Source: Armatimonadota bacterium (lineage in GTDB: Bacteria; Armatimonadota; HRBIN16). From it: DNA of 64,000 nucleotides. The stretch is taken from assembly GCA_963677485.1 (NCBI GenBank), contig OY781964.1, positions 4,384,001-4,448,000 on the forward strand. The letters run 5' to 3'. This document shows, piece by piece, positions 46,590 through 57,257 of the stretch; position 1 is the stretch's first letter; every line of letters begins with the position of its first letter. The translations under genes were made by a program, and so were the position numbers. Under the pieces are notes generated by a model. That model was not told the origin of the DNA. It saw only the letters and a list, made by a program, of their open reading frames with translations, and did no database searches.

Positions 46590-47801
46590 TCAGATATCTC
46601 GTTCGATGGGCGGGAATCTGCGGTGTCCGACCAGTTGGACGGCTACGCTCACGATCATCAGTAATGAACAGAGGATGAATATGCCATGCATGCTCATGTA
46701 GTGATGCTGATAGAGGTACGAGCCGAGGAAGGGGAAGATGATGCCTCTCAAGCCCATCAGACTTAGGAAAACCGCTTGGTAACTGGTGACCTTATCTGGC
46801 GGAGCGTATGACAGCACTCCAGAGATGTAAGCAAGTTCGTAACCAGGGTTGATGATCCCGAACAGTATAAATACCGGAATCAACATCCAGGCCTGTGTCG
46901 CAACGCAGTAGACGACAGGCACGAAGGCGAACACGAGTGAGATGATCGCCACGGCGAGGGTAGGTGACTTACGGTCAATGAAATGGCCCCAGAAGGCATA
47001 CGTGAAGACCGCGGTTATCTGAGCAATGATGGCAAACCAGCTCGCCCAAACCATGTCCACATGAAGTTTATCAACCTGGTATAGCACGTATATTGGTGTC
47101 GCCATGAAGTTTGCTCCACCAGATATAAATATGCCCCAACAGAACCATCCGTATCCCGGGTTGTCACGCAATACCAGCCACGCGCTTCGCAGAAATTGGT
47201 GGAGCGGGACGCTGGACTCGCCGCTGCGGTCGGTGGCCTTAATGCGAGAGAAGCATATTCCGGAGCCGATTCCAAATAGTGCGGCAAGCGAGAACACGTA
47301 ACGGTAGTCCACCTTCTTTAACAGCGGACCTGCTATCGCTGTGACAAGTATCCCTACCAACACCATGCCGATTCGCACATACCCAATGATCTTTGCTCTG
47401 CTGCTGCTTGGGTATATCTCTTTCATCACGGCCGAATAGGCCGGCCCAGACATGGCCAGCAGAATGAAAAACCCGGCGATGATGGTCACAAAAACCGCAC
47501 TGGTGTGAGCGAACATCATCAGCATCAACAGGCTGCAAGCCACTATATTGACCCAGACCACAATGGGCTTTTTGGCTCTGCCCTCAGCCGCGTGAGCGGC
47601 CAGAATTGATAACACGTAGCCGGCCACAGGAGCCATGGTGATGACACTGATCTGGATGGCACTTGCATGAAGTATCTGACGGGCAACGATGGGGAAGAAG
47701 GGCACAGTTAATCCTGACATAGTGGCTGCCATCATTCCGGCAGATGAATCCATTATGTATGCGTCACGCGCTTCAGGGGGCACCAGATTTTTGAATATCA
47801 A
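46590..47801 (-). CDS. MFS transporter (paralogue A)
   Basis: Same architecture as 45133..46350; TTG start. Confidence 0.85.
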   Translation of the reverse strand: MIFKNLVPPEARDAYIMDSSAGMMAATMSGLTVPFFPIVARQILHASAIQISVITMAPVAGYVLSILAAHAAEGRAKKPIVVWVNIVACSLLMLMMFAHTSAVFVTIIAGFFILLAMSGPAYSAVMKEIYPSSSRAKIIGYVRIGMVLVGILVTAIAGPLLKKVDYRYVFSLAALFGIGSGICFSRIKATDRSGESSVPLHQFLRSAWLVLRDNPGYGWFCWGIFISGGANFMATPIYVLYQVDKLHVDMVWASWFAIIAQITAVFTYAFWGHFIDRKSPTLAVAIISLVFAFVPVVYCVATQAWMLIPVFILFGIINPGYELAYISGVLSYAPPDKVTSYQAVFLSLMGLRGIIFPFLGSYLYQHHYMSMHGIFILCSLLMIVSVAVQLVGHRRFPPIERDI

Positions 47802-47841
47802 TTAGGTTTGGATACCTTGTTGCATGTCATGTTGTTGGTCT

Positions 47842-47882
47842 GTCACTAAGGCCTTTGTACCGCGGATGGTTGTGATTTACAA
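47842..47882 (-). promoter_or_regulatory. Duplicated promoter-like block upstream of MFS A
   Basis: Minus strand TTGTAA-N17-TACAAA...TTAGTGAC. Confidence 0.55.
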
Positions 47883-48037
47883 GCATTGGCCATGATTGGC
47901 ACATCACCACACAGTTGGTAACGGAGTTGGGCACCCTGAACAGATCGAAATCTGTTTTATTTGATGCAGGTGTGTTCTATAGTTTTGGGGAATGATATAC
48001 TGAAATATATGTAAAAAGTATACTACTGAGGAGTCTC

Positions 48038-48427
48038 ATGCAAATACTGAACCAACTGAAATTCGACTCAAACGGCCTGATCCCCGCTATAGCTCAGGAT
48101 GCCATCACTGGCGAAGTCTTGATGGTAGCCTACATGAATGAAGCGGCTGTGAGAGCTACCATAGAAACAAAAAAAGCGACATACTGGAGCCGCTCACGTC
48201 AGAAGTTCTGGATTAAAGGCGAGAGCAGCGGCCATTTCCAGATTGTAAAAAGTATGTATGTCGACTGCGACCAAGACTGTATTCTTTTGAAGATCGATCA
48301 GAAGGGTGCTGCATGCCACACCGGCTTCAGGAGCTGCTTCTATAGGAAACTAGATGATGCAGGGAATGAGCTGATCACAGAGGGTGAAGCATTAGTGGAT
48401 CCCGAAAAGGTCTATGGCAAGAAGTAA
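48038..48427 (+). CDS. hisI: Phosphoribosyl-AMP cyclohydrolase
   Basis: [35 protein letters not shown]. Confidence 0.97.
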   Translation: MQILNQLKFDSNGLIPAIAQDAITGEVLMVAYMNEAAVRATIETKKATYWSRSRQKFWIKGESSGHFQIVKSMYVDCDQDCILLKIDQKGAACHTGFRSCFYRKLDDAGNELITEGEALVDPEKVYGKK

Positions 48428-48453
48428 CTACCGCCAACACGGCACCAAATCAC

Positions 48454-48485
48454 CATCCGGCTTGTGCATGAGCACTAGCCGGATG
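48454..48485 (+). terminator. Hairpin after hisI
   Basis: CATCCGGCT.GTGC...GCAC.AGCCGGATG; no U-tract. Confidence 0.4.
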
Positions 48486-48555
48486 TGGCATACACCCTGC
48501 TACGCGACAAGTCATACTAGTTGGTAAACGGTAGACAGGGGAAGAGAGGAGTGAG

Positions 48556-50295
48556 ATGGGTAACGTAAAGCGTCTTCTGCAGTATTTACAGCCTTATCGC
48601 GTGAGGGTCATCATATCGGTACTGCTGATGGGACTTGTGACATTTAGCCAAGTACCCATTCCGTTATTGTTCGAGCGGTTATTCGACGAAGTCTTTCCGA
48701 AGAACGACCTTGTTGGCTTACGACAGGTCGTCATGATGTTCCTGGGTGTCTATCTTTTTCGTGGCATTGCCTCATATTCGCTTAACTACATCATTAACTG
48801 GCTTGGCCAGAGGTTGGTGTTCGACCTCCGTTTTCAAAGCTACCGGCATCTTAATCGATTGTCATTAAGCTTCTACGACCAGCGGCAAACAGGCAAAATT
48901 ATGGCTCGTTTGCATGGTGATATAGAAGTCATCCAGCAGATGATGACCGGCGGAATTGTCACGCTCATTACAGATATCGTGACACTCTTTGCGGTCACTG
49001 GAGTGATGTTTTATAAGGATTGGCGGTTAGCCTGCGTGGCGATCGCCGTCGTACCGTTCTATGTCCTAAACTACAAGTTCTTTATTAAGTATATCCGTGA
49101 AGTCAGTATTGAGCTTCGCGAAAAGTGGGACTCGATGGTCGGTATTCTGCATGAACGAATTGCTGGCATCAACGTGGTGAAAGCCTTCGTCCGTGAAGAA
49201 TACGAAACGACTCAGTTCATGACGACTGTGAAAGAAAACTTCGACTTGGGTATGAGACAAGTCCACCTGAACCGCCAGTTAGGTCTGGGAGCTTCGGTAT
49301 TCCGAGCCTTTGGTACGGCCGCGGTGTGGTATTTCGGTGCGAAGTTCGTGATTGGCCGGCAACTGCAGGTTGGTGAGTTGATTGCCTTCACCAGTTTCAT
49401 GGGGTACCTGTATGACCCGGCTGTACGTGTTGTGGACTTTAACATTGCGCTGCAATGGGCGGGAGCTGCTATCGACCGTGTGTTCGAAACCCTGGACACA
49501 AGGCCGGAAGTGGATGATGCACCCGATAGCGAAGCACTTCCGGATGTGAAGGGCTCTATTGAGTTCCGCAATGTCAAGTTCCAGTATCGGCCTAACAGCA
49601 CGGTATTACATGACTTGAACTTCAAAATACTGCCTGGAGAGACCGTGGCTATTGTGGGGCAGAGCGGCTCAGGGAAAACTACCCTGGTCAATCTGATCGC
49701 CCGATTTTATGATGTGAGCAGCGGAGAGGTCATGATAGACGGTCATGATGTGCGCAAGGTGAAGCTGGAGAGTATCCGGCGGCACATCGGCATGGTGATG
49801 CAGGATTCACTGCTGTTTTCGGTTAGCATCCGCGAGAATATATCTTATGGTAAACGCAGGGCGACGCTTCAGGATGTAGTACGGGCATCAAGCGAGGCTG
49901 ACCTGCATGATTTCATCATGACACTGCCCGATGCTTATGACACACGCATAGGTGAGGACGGTATCAAACTGTCTGTTGGACAGAAGCAGCGCTTGAGTAT
50001 CGCCCGTGCGGTGCTGACCGACCCGCGGATTTTGATACTGGATGATGCAACCAGCGCCTTGGACAGCCAGACCGAAGCCCATGTGCAGGAATCCCTTGAG
50101 CACTTGATGAAGGGCCGAACGAACGTCGTGATCGCCCACCGCCTGTCTACCATTGTCAATGCGGACAGAATCCTCGTGATACATGAGGGACGGCTGGTTG
50201 ATCAAGGCACCCATGCAGAGTTAGTGGCCCGCGAGGGTATCTACAAGGATCTTTACGAAGAGCAGTTCAAGTCGGCTCTGGAGAGCCTGGAGTAG
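48556..50295 (+). CDS. ABC exporter, fused TMD-NBD half transporter
   Basis: 6-TM domain; Walker A GQSGSGKT; signature LSVGQKQR; Walker B ILILDDATSALD; H-loop IAHRL. Confidence 0.93.
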   Translation: MGNVKRLLQYLQPYRVRVIISVLLMGLVTFSQVPIPLLFERLFDEVFPKNDLVGLRQVVMMFLGVYLFRGIASYSLNYIINWLGQRLVFDLRFQSYRHLNRLSLSFYDQRQTGKIMARLHGDIEVIQQMMTGGIVTLITDIVTLFAVTGVMFYKDWRLACVAIAVVPFYVLNYKFFIKYIREVSIELREKWDSMVGILHERIAGINVVKAFVREEYETTQFMTTVKENFDLGMRQVHLNRQLGLGASVFRAFGTAAVWYFGAKFVIGRQLQVGELIAFTSFMGYLYDPAVRVVDFNIALQWAGAAIDRVFETLDTRPEVDDAPDSEALPDVKGSIEFRNVKFQYRPNSTVLHDLNFKILPGETVAIVGQSGSGKTTLVNLIARFYDVSSGEVMIDGHDVRKVKLESIRRHIGMVMQDSLLFSVSIRENISYGKRRATLQDVVRASSEADLHDFIMTLPDAYDTRIGEDGIKLSVGQKQRLSIARAVLTDPRILILDDATSALDSQTEAHVQESLEHLMKGRTNVVIAHRLSTIVNADRILVIHEGRLVDQGTHAELVAREGIYKDLYEEQFKSALESLE

Positions 50296-50362
50296 GCGCT
50301 CGTAGAGGTTGAAGGGTTGTTTATTGGCCGCCAATACAGATGGGAGTCGTACCGTTCATGTG

Positions 50363-50645
50363 CCGCGACATAGATGTCTCGGCTCTTGATCAAAAATGCC
50401 CGCCCGTGCATGCACCGCAGCCCAGGCTGTAACTGATACGGTCGTAGGGGCGTCCCTTGTGGGCGCCCTAAAACCAAAACTATCGAATCAGCAACGATTA
50501 GGGCGCCCACAAAGGACGCCCCTACGACCAAGCTATATACAAGCCCGGTAAACCGGGCTGCGGAGCTCCTTGCCGACAAAGATAACGTTAATGAAGACTG
50601 TTTCAGCAGGCTTAGTGTTCAATAGCCGAGACATTTATGTCGCGG
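50363..50645. repeat. Nested REP-like inverted repeat cluster
   Basis: Outer ~30-nt IR (50363..50392 / 50616..50645); middle CCGCAGCCC / GGGCTGCGG; inner GTAG-type REP doublet (50440..50471 / 50498..50529). Confidence 0.8.
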
Positions 50646-50733
50646 AATCGGTGACCTACTGGCCATGCAATATTTGTGGGTAATAGACTGGGGCTTTCAG
50701 CCCGCGGCAGGGCGACCATCGATTTAGGGGCAG

Positions 50734-51789
50734 CTAATCGCCTGCGCAGAGCTGTCTGTAGAACCCGATCACCTTGGACACATAAGCCTGCGTCTCTTTA
50801 TACGGGGGAACGCCTCCGTATTTTTTGACGGCACGGGCACCCGCATTATATGCAGCCATTGTCAACACAATATGTTTCCAACTGGCGGCATCTTTGGCGC
50901 CAACCTTGGCTGCGTAGTTCCCCAGATGACCCCTCAACAATTTGATGCTGCCGTAGAGGTTCTGTCTGGGGTCCAGAGGGTTGCCTACACCAAGCCCGTT
51001 GGCGGTGCGGGGCATGAGCTGACCGAGGCCTGTCGCTCCGACTCGGCTGATTGCATCCGGGCGGAAACGGCTTTCAGCAAGTATCATCGCCACGACTAGA
51101 CGAGGATCCACGCCGAACATTTGGCTGTAGGATAGCAGGCTGTGCGTGATCAGTTCAGCTTGTTCGTCGCTAAGGCGAGGGTTGAACCCGCGTATGGCTT
51201 TTAAGTAAGCTGGATAGACCGGCATATAACTTGCATTCGTGTTGTGTCGGGAAACCAGCCGTGTAGTCGGGCGGCGGATCACGGCCTGTGGTTTGATTGC
51301 AGTCTTTTTTGAAGCCAGAGCTTTGGCATCGTGAGATGTAATTTGCTGCTCTAGTTCCGATACTTCTGCTGGTGCTGCGTGTGCAAGAAGCATCAGTGAA
51401 CCTGTACTGCTATCGGTAGAAAATAGAACCCTGTAGTTCATTCCAATGTGAGGGGCTGCGGCCTCATTTAACAGTTTTGGATAATAGGTGATTCCTGGCT
51501 TGGTCATACTTTTCATAGTGACCAGATAATGTCCATCGGGACAGGGACCTACCCCTATGATGGTGACATCATCTTCACGCCATTTACCGTCTAGAGTGTT
51601 TCGGAGGGCGAGGTATTTCTGAGCGGAGAGCTGCTGCCCATCTGCTGTGATCTGACTTTCCACTGTTGCATCCGCCATCGCTATCTGTGACGGGTTGCCA
51701 GCAACAATGCACGAAAATGCCACAGTTGCTGTCAGGATGAAACGTCTGATTTTGGAACATGAGTGGGTAAACATGCAATACTCCATCAT
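50734..51789 (-). CDS. Lytic transglycosylase (SLT domain) with N-terminal extension
   Basis: AMILAESRF, SRVGATGLGQLMP, AAYNAG, YGGVPPYKETQAYV; signal-like N-terminus. Confidence 0.9.
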   Translation of the reverse strand: MMEYCMFTHSCSKIRRFILTATVAFSCIVAGNPSQIAMADATVESQITADGQQLSAQKYLALRNTLDGKWREDDVTIIGVGPCPDGHYLVTMKSMTKPGITYYPKLLNEAAAPHIGMNYRVLFSTDSSTGSLMLLAHAAPAEVSELEQQITSHDAKALASKKTAIKPQAVIRRPTTRLVSRHNTNASYMPVYPAYLKAIRGFNPRLSDEQAELITHSLLSYSQMFGVDPRLVVAMILAESRFRPDAISRVGATGLGQLMPRTANGLGVGNPLDPRQNLYGSIKLLRGHLGNYAAKVGAKDAASWKHIVLTMAAYNAGARAVKKYGGVPPYKETQAYVSKVIGFYRQLCAGD

Positions 51790-51878
51790 TTGATACTAGT
51801 ATACCAACTCAGAAGGATATAATGGTAATAGGAGCTTTTATCTTTATGCAAATTAAGGTAATTGCAGTGGGAGTAGAA

Positions 51879-52757
51879 ATGATTCAGAGATTACCTGACT
51901 GGTTGAGGGTACGGGCTCCGCGCCCCGATGTGGCGCCGGATGTCCAGATCGCCGTGACCCAACGCGGTCTGCATACAGTCTGCGAAAGTGCCAGATGCCC
52001 TAATCTGAATGAGTGCTGGAGTAAACACACCGCTACATTCATGATATTAGGTGAGGTCTGCAGCCGTAACTGCCGTTATTGTGCGGTGGGAACCGGAAAA
52101 TGCGAAGCAGTGGACGACGATGAGCCGTATCAAGTAGCGGTTGCCGCCAGGGAGTTGCAGCTTAAACACGTGGTTGTGACCTCGGTCACACGCGATGATC
52201 TACCCGATGGTGGAGCAGAGCAATTCGCAAAAACTATCGCCGCTATTCGTGAGTTTAGCCCTCATTCGATTATTGAGGTTTTGACCCCTGATTTTCAGGG
52301 GAAATTCGACCAACTACGTATCGTGATGGACGCAAAGCCAGACATTTTTAACCATAACGTGGAAACTGTACCTGAGCTTTTCCATATCGCCAGGCCACAA
52401 GCACAGTATCACCGTTCCTTGTTGGTGCTGCAGGAAGCCAAACGACAGTATCCTCAGTGCTATACCAAAAGTGGTATGATGGTGGGTCTAGGTGAGACTG
52501 AAGCCCAGGTCATCCAAGTCATGAAGGATTTACGCGCTCATCAAGTCGACGCCATGACCATTGGTCAGTATATTCGCCCCACAACACAGCATCTTGAAGT
52601 GGCTGAGTATATTCATCCAGACCAGTTCGAAGCATACCAAAAACTAGGTGAAGAGTTAGGCTTCCTGTTTGTCGCCTCCGCACCGCTTGTCCGCAGCTCG
52701 TATAATGCAGCCGAGTTTTCGCGACGGTTATGGGCTGATCGTGCACAACCGGAGTAA
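51879..52757 (+). CDS. lipA: Lipoyl synthase
   Basis: TVCESARCPNLNECW, CSRNCRYC, TSVTRDDL.DGGA, HNVETV, RSSY; GGGAG RBS before ATG 51879. Confidence 0.97.
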   Translation: MIQRLPDWLRVRAPRPDVAPDVQIAVTQRGLHTVCESARCPNLNECWSKHTATFMILGEVCSRNCRYCAVGTGKCEAVDDDEPYQVAVAARELQLKHVVVTSVTRDDLPDGGAEQFAKTIAAIREFSPHSIIEVLTPDFQGKFDQLRIVMDAKPDIFNHNVETVPELFHIARPQAQYHRSLLVLQEAKRQYPQCYTKSGMMVGLGETEAQVIQVMKDLRAHQVDAMTIGQYIRPTTQHLEVAEYIHPDQFEAYQKLGEELGFLFVASAPLVRSSYNAAEFSRRLWADRAQPE

Positions 52758-52763
52758 CTATTA

Positions 52764-55700
52764 ATGCGTGTATCTTGGCTGGCCAATCGATGGGGAGGGG
52801 TGATTTTCGCCCTCTGTCTGTTGAGCATACTGCCGCTGATCATCGCTATCATGACCCAATATGGATTGTGGTTTGACCGTGAAGCCCCGCCTGCTATCAT
52901 CAAATACGTACGTGACACGAAGGGTATAGATATCCGCGTGCGCGACGTTACCGTTGACTGGTTCATGGGGGGATTGACACTTCATGGTTTCGAGCTATAT
53001 GACAAACTGCCAAGACAACCACGGATCGCTTATGCTGATAAAGTAATGGTCCGTAGAATGTTTACAGACATCATATCTGTTAAAGTATTGCGGCCTAAAG
53101 TTGCACTTATTCAAGGGGCTGATGGTGTATGGAATATCAAGCGTGCATTGAAGTTCAAAAAGGGTAAGCCTAGCACAAAGGTCTTCAAAATCACAGTCGA
53201 AAAAGCCGATTTGTATTTAGAAATGCGTAAAAAGCGTGTGGTTCCCGCGGTATTAAATGTATTCAATGTTAATGCCAATATCTTAAACACATCTGGCGTC
53301 ACTACGTTCGGTGTCAGTTCTTCACAAGGTGCCTCTAAAATCAAGGCTCTGGGCAATATCGGTGAGCAAGGGGTAGTGGTCAACTATGCTGTGACTCACT
53401 GGCCGGCCGCCACATTCAAAGAATTCATCAGTTCCAAACTTATCGAATCACCGGATGCCATTTTAAGCACAGAAGGCCGTGTGTGGTTTCGAGAAGGGAA
53501 GTTTCAGGTTCAAGGTACAGGTGATGTCACTGCAGACAGTTTTCACCTTCGGCTGAACAACCATATGCAGTCCCTTGGGCCGATATCTGGAAGCGTCCAG
53601 TATGATAAGCAGCATGTGAATCTACAAGCTAAACACGCCATCGCTGGTGGCAGCGCTAACACATCGGTGAGCATTAGCTGGAGCCCCGTGCTGGTCGTGA
53701 CTGGGCATCTTGATGGACGCGGGATCATCGGATCCCGGCTATCAAATCAGTTGGGATTACCGGCAACCATCCCTCAGTTTGGGCGGACAGGCGGTCAGGT
53801 GCAGTTTTCGTTTGACCATCAAAGGGGGCTGGTATTATCCGGCCCGCTGGCTTTTGATGGGTTTAGCTGGATGGGGTATAGAGCGGCACAGGGAAAAGCA
53901 TACATCTCATACGAAAAGAATGTCATAAAGATCGCAGACGGTCAAATCGCTTTTAATAAGGCCAATGTCCGTCTTGACGGCATCATCCCGCTCAAGGCGG
54001 GGAATATGCATCTTTATGCTACCAGCCCAGATTTCAATCTGTCATCAGCACATCTACCACGGCAGAAGTCCGTGTTAACTGGCAAGGCTAAAGTCAGTGC
54101 TGATATCACAGGAACAGTCAGCAAACCAAAAGCAGAGCTGCGGATACAGGCCACTCAGGTAGCCTATCGTCGGATGGTCGCAAGACGAGTCAATATGATG
54201 GCTTATGTTGACAAAAATCAAGTCGATCTGCGTGCCTTGTGGATCAAAACACAGACAGGTCGTGTATGGGCATCTGGGGTATATAAGTATAAAGCCCGTG
54301 ACATAAACGCCAAATTCGGAGTGGAAGGCGTGCCTCTATCTGAAGCAATGAAGACCGCCAGTCTTCAGACAAACGTGAATGGCACAGCATTTTGTACAGG
54401 GCGTATCACAGGGAAAATCAGCAAACCGGCTATGAATGCCCGTTTGATGGTGCTGGATATCGGATATAAAGACTGGCACCTGGACATGCTGAGTGTACAT
54501 GCTAAGGTCGCTAATGGCGTCCTCACACTTACGCAAGGTTCTGGGCGTCGGACCATGGGCGTGGTCAGGTGGAGCGGAACAATCGGTGGGATCTATACAA
54601 AGTCTCCACAAGCCGATATGCAAGCCTATTTCAGCAACTGGGATATCTCCGAGCTGGCCGGAATGGCTGCACCTGAGAAGCCTGTTGAAAAACTGCCAGA
54701 CGGTTTGATCAAGGCTGAAGTGAAGATGATCGGCCCACTATTCAACCCATCTGTCACGATGAGGATGACATCGAATAACATTACATATGACGATGTCAAC
54801 CTCAGGGATGTGGTGCTGGATGGTGCGTATGGCGACAGGATGCTTCGAATATACCAGGTTTCCGGCAGGCTGCCCGATGGGGAGCTAAACGCGTCGGGTA
54901 TCGTTCGGGATGCTGGTGATTATTCTGTAGATGGTCAGTTTACGGGGCTTGCTCTACGTGTGCTGCGTCGGTATCTACCAAAACAGTTGCCGCAGGATAT
55001 CGCTGGATTAGCGAAAGCCGACTTCAAACTGGTTGCGAGAGACAATGGGCCCGAACTCACAGCCAATGTTGAACTCTCAAACATGAGTTGGGACGGTTTG
55101 CATATTGAGCTGTCAAAGGGAACTGTTAAAGCGACCAGCGGGCGTATACGTATTGAAAACCTGGGTGCAGACGCATACCGCGGGCGCGTTGAGGCTCCGC
55201 AAATTGAGTATGATATCCCCACAAAACACATACGTTCTGTCGTACAGATCCGTGATCTAGATGTGGCGGAGCTGAGTGATGCGATAGTGTCTGGGCAATG
55301 GATCAACCGTCAATGGCCGGAAGCCCGAAAGACGATCAATGAGATCCGTCCCTTGGCAGGCAAAGTCTCATTCACCACCAATGTAGACGGGGAACTCGGC
55401 AAGCTTGATGTTTATGCCTCACTCAAGGCGCGTGATGTCACGGTCAGGGGCGTCGATGGGCTAAATGCTGACGTCGGTTATCGGCTGCGAACCGATGGAT
55501 CTATGCAAGTGAAGCCCTTAAGTGTGACTGGCAAGGAAGTAAACCTCAGTGGTGACCTGCAAGCCACAGCAGGGGGGGATTTGTCTGGCCGCGTCACCCT
55601 TCAAGATTTCAATGTGAAACGGCTGCAGGTTGCCCTACCAGATACCACTAAGGTCGATGGTGTTGTGAATGCGGTGGCCGTGTTGGGAGGCACCTTCAAG

Positions 55701-57257
55701 TCGCCTTCCGGAACACTAGAATTCAACATCGACCAACCTTCCTGGGGTGGGATACGGCTAAAAAAGATCATCGCAGAGCCGATCAGTCTTGCGGGTGGCA
55801 GTGTAGAAATTCCTAATATCAACATACTGCTTGAAGGAGGTCAGGCCACACTAAGTGGGCACCTGACATTGGCCCCGAAGTCATTATCATGGACAGATAC
55901 CTCGACAGTTGATTTGAAACTGGTGGCAGCAAAACAACCGCTATCCTCGTTAACCAGCCTTTTCGAGATGCCAAAAAGTGTCGCGGCGAAGGGTGAGTGG
56001 CAAGCCAGTATTAGTGTTCTAGGAACATCCGCAAAGCCTCAACTAGCCGGAGGACTGACACTTTCTGACTGTTCGATTACGATGGATGATGGAAAACTGG
56101 GTTTACAGAAAATAGCCGCCAACCTCAGTCTCGATGGGCAGGAGATAAGACTTACCAATGCGACTGCTGAGCCTATCACAGGCAGTGGTTCTGTCAAACT
56201 GGAGGCTGTGGCAAGCGGGATTTTCGGTAAACAGCCTCAGATAGCATCAAAACTCACATTAGATAAGCTGGTGTTTGATCAGCGAAATCTATCAAAGCAG
56301 TTTAACGAACGAATTCGTGGTGAGTTCGATGGTGCTCTGGAGATGAAGGGTAGTGTTCGGCAGCCACATATCAGCGGCACGATCACATCAAATAAGTTTA
56401 TCCTGGCTCTTCCGAATGGGTTTGAGTTCGCTCAAAGCGGTTCAAAACCTGGATTTAACCCGTTCTTCGATAATGTTCAAGCCGTCATAGTCGATAATGC
56501 GGAGATCGATCTGAGCCGGTTCAAAGCCGTGGGTGGGGGGCGAATGAGCCTGAATGGTAAGCTGTCTGACCCGCAGTTGAGAGGCGATTTCCGGCTGCGC
56601 CAAGGCAGAATCATTTTGCCGACCACGGTATTTCGCATTGAGCCACCGGCCGTTATCACAATGGCCTACCCGGTACCGGGTGCCATGCCGTTTAACCTTG
56701 ATGTCAGTATGAGAGCCACCGCATCGGTCAGTGTCGCATCAAATGGTCAAAACCCATCGAGGCACACTGTGACCATGGTGTTGCAAGGCCCACTGGAAGA
56801 TGCCAGTCTGATGCACTCCAATTTCGAGGCGAGTCCATCGGATGTCAGCCAGTCCGATATCTATGATGCACTAGGTTTGGGCATGATCCGAAATGTGGTG
56901 GGTAGAGGCGGTGGAGATGCGCTTGGAAATGGGGTTGTGGACCTTTTAAGCTCACAATTTGTTCCTCAGTTGTTTAATCCGATAGAATCGGGTTTGGAGA
57001 GTACATTCCGGCTGGATGATGTCAGGATCGATTACCAGCGTGATTTACCGTTGTCAGTGATGCTGGTGAAACAGCTAGGTTCCAATTTCAGTCTCAGCTA
57101 TTGGCGTCAGTTTGAGAGCCATACCGACCGGTATGAGGTTAAACTAAGTTATGATCTACCGCGATGGCTGAAAATCTCGCCTCGATTGCGATTAACTGTA
57201 TCAACTAATGAAGAGAGTATCATTTCTTATGGGCTTGAAGGTTCCTTTAGATTTTGA
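52764..57257 (+). CDS. tamB: TamB/AsmA-like translocation and assembly module protein
   Basis: N-terminal TM anchor, ~1500 aa of beta-taco-like repeats ('GTVSKP', 'GPLFNP', 'GTFKSP', 'GKLSDP'), C-terminal beta strands ending in F; precedes Omp85. Confidence 0.78.
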   Translation: MRVSWLANRWGGVIFALCLLSILPLIIAIMTQYGLWFDREAPPAIIKYVRDTKGIDIRVRDVTVDWFMGGLTLHGFELYDKLPRQPRIAYADKVMVRRMFTDIISVKVLRPKVALIQGADGVWNIKRALKFKKGKPSTKVFKITVEKADLYLEMRKKRVVPAVLNVFNVNANILNTSGVTTFGVSSSQGASKIKALGNIGEQGVVVNYAVTHWPAATFKEFISSKLIESPDAILSTEGRVWFREGKFQVQGTGDVTADSFHLRLNNHMQSLGPISGSVQYDKQHVNLQAKHAIAGGSANTSVSISWSPVLVVTGHLDGRGIIGSRLSNQLGLPATIPQFGRTGGQVQFSFDHQRGLVLSGPLAFDGFSWMGYRAAQGKAYISYEKNVIKIADGQIAFNKANVRLDGIIPLKAGNMHLYATSPDFNLSSAHLPRQKSVLTGKAKVSADITGTVSKPKAELRIQATQVAYRRMVARRVNMMAYVDKNQVDLRALWIKTQTGRVWASGVYKYKARDINAKFGVEGVPLSEAMKTASLQTNVNGTAFCTGRITGKISKPAMNARLMVLDIGYKDWHLDMLSVHAKVANGVLTLTQGSGRRTMGVVRWSGTIGGIYTKSPQADMQAYFSNWDISELAGMAAPEKPVEKLPDGLIKAEVKMIGPLFNPSVTMRMTSNNITYDDVNLRDVVLDGAYGDRMLRIYQVSGRLPDGELNASGIVRDAGDYSVDGQFTGLALRVLRRYLPKQLPQDIAGLAKADFKLVARDNGPELTANVELSNMSWDGLHIELSKGTVKATSGRIRIENLGADAYRGRVEAPQIEYDIPTKHIRSVVQIRDLDVAELSDAIVSGQWINRQWPEARKTINEIRPLAGKVSFTTNVDGELGKLDVYASLKARDVTVRGVDGLNADVGYRLRTDGSMQVKPLSVTGKEVNLSGDLQATAGGDLSGRVTLQDFNVKRLQVALPDTTKVDGVVNAVAVLGGTFKSPSGTLEFNIDQPSWGGIRLKKIIAEPISLAGGSVEIPNINILLEGGQATLSGHLTLAPKSLSWTDTSTVDLKLVAAKQPLSSLTSLFEMPKSVAAKGEWQASISVLGTSAKPQLAGGLTLSDCSITMDDGKLGLQKIAANLSLDGQEIRLTNATAEPITGSGSVKLEAVASGIFGKQPQIASKLTLDKLVFDQRNLSKQFNERIRGEFDGALEMKGSVRQPHISGTITSNKFILALPNGFEFAQSGSKPGFNPFFDNVQAVIVDNAEIDLSRFKAVGGGRMSLNGKLSDPQLRGDFRLRQGRIILPTTVFRIEPPAVITMAYPVPGAMPFNLDVSMRATASVSVASNGQNPSRHTVTMVLQGPLEDASLMHSNFEASPSDVSQSDIYDALGLGMIRNVVGRGGGDALGNGVVDLLSSQFVPQLFNPIESGLESTFRLDDVRIDYQRDLPLSVMLVKQLGSNFSLSYWRQFESHTDRYEVKLSYDLPRWLKISPRLRLTVSTNEESIISYGLEGSFRF

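Noticed and set aside
50253-50579. 108-aa minus-strand ORF
   Set aside because: Translates the REP palindromes and overlaps the ABC gene end
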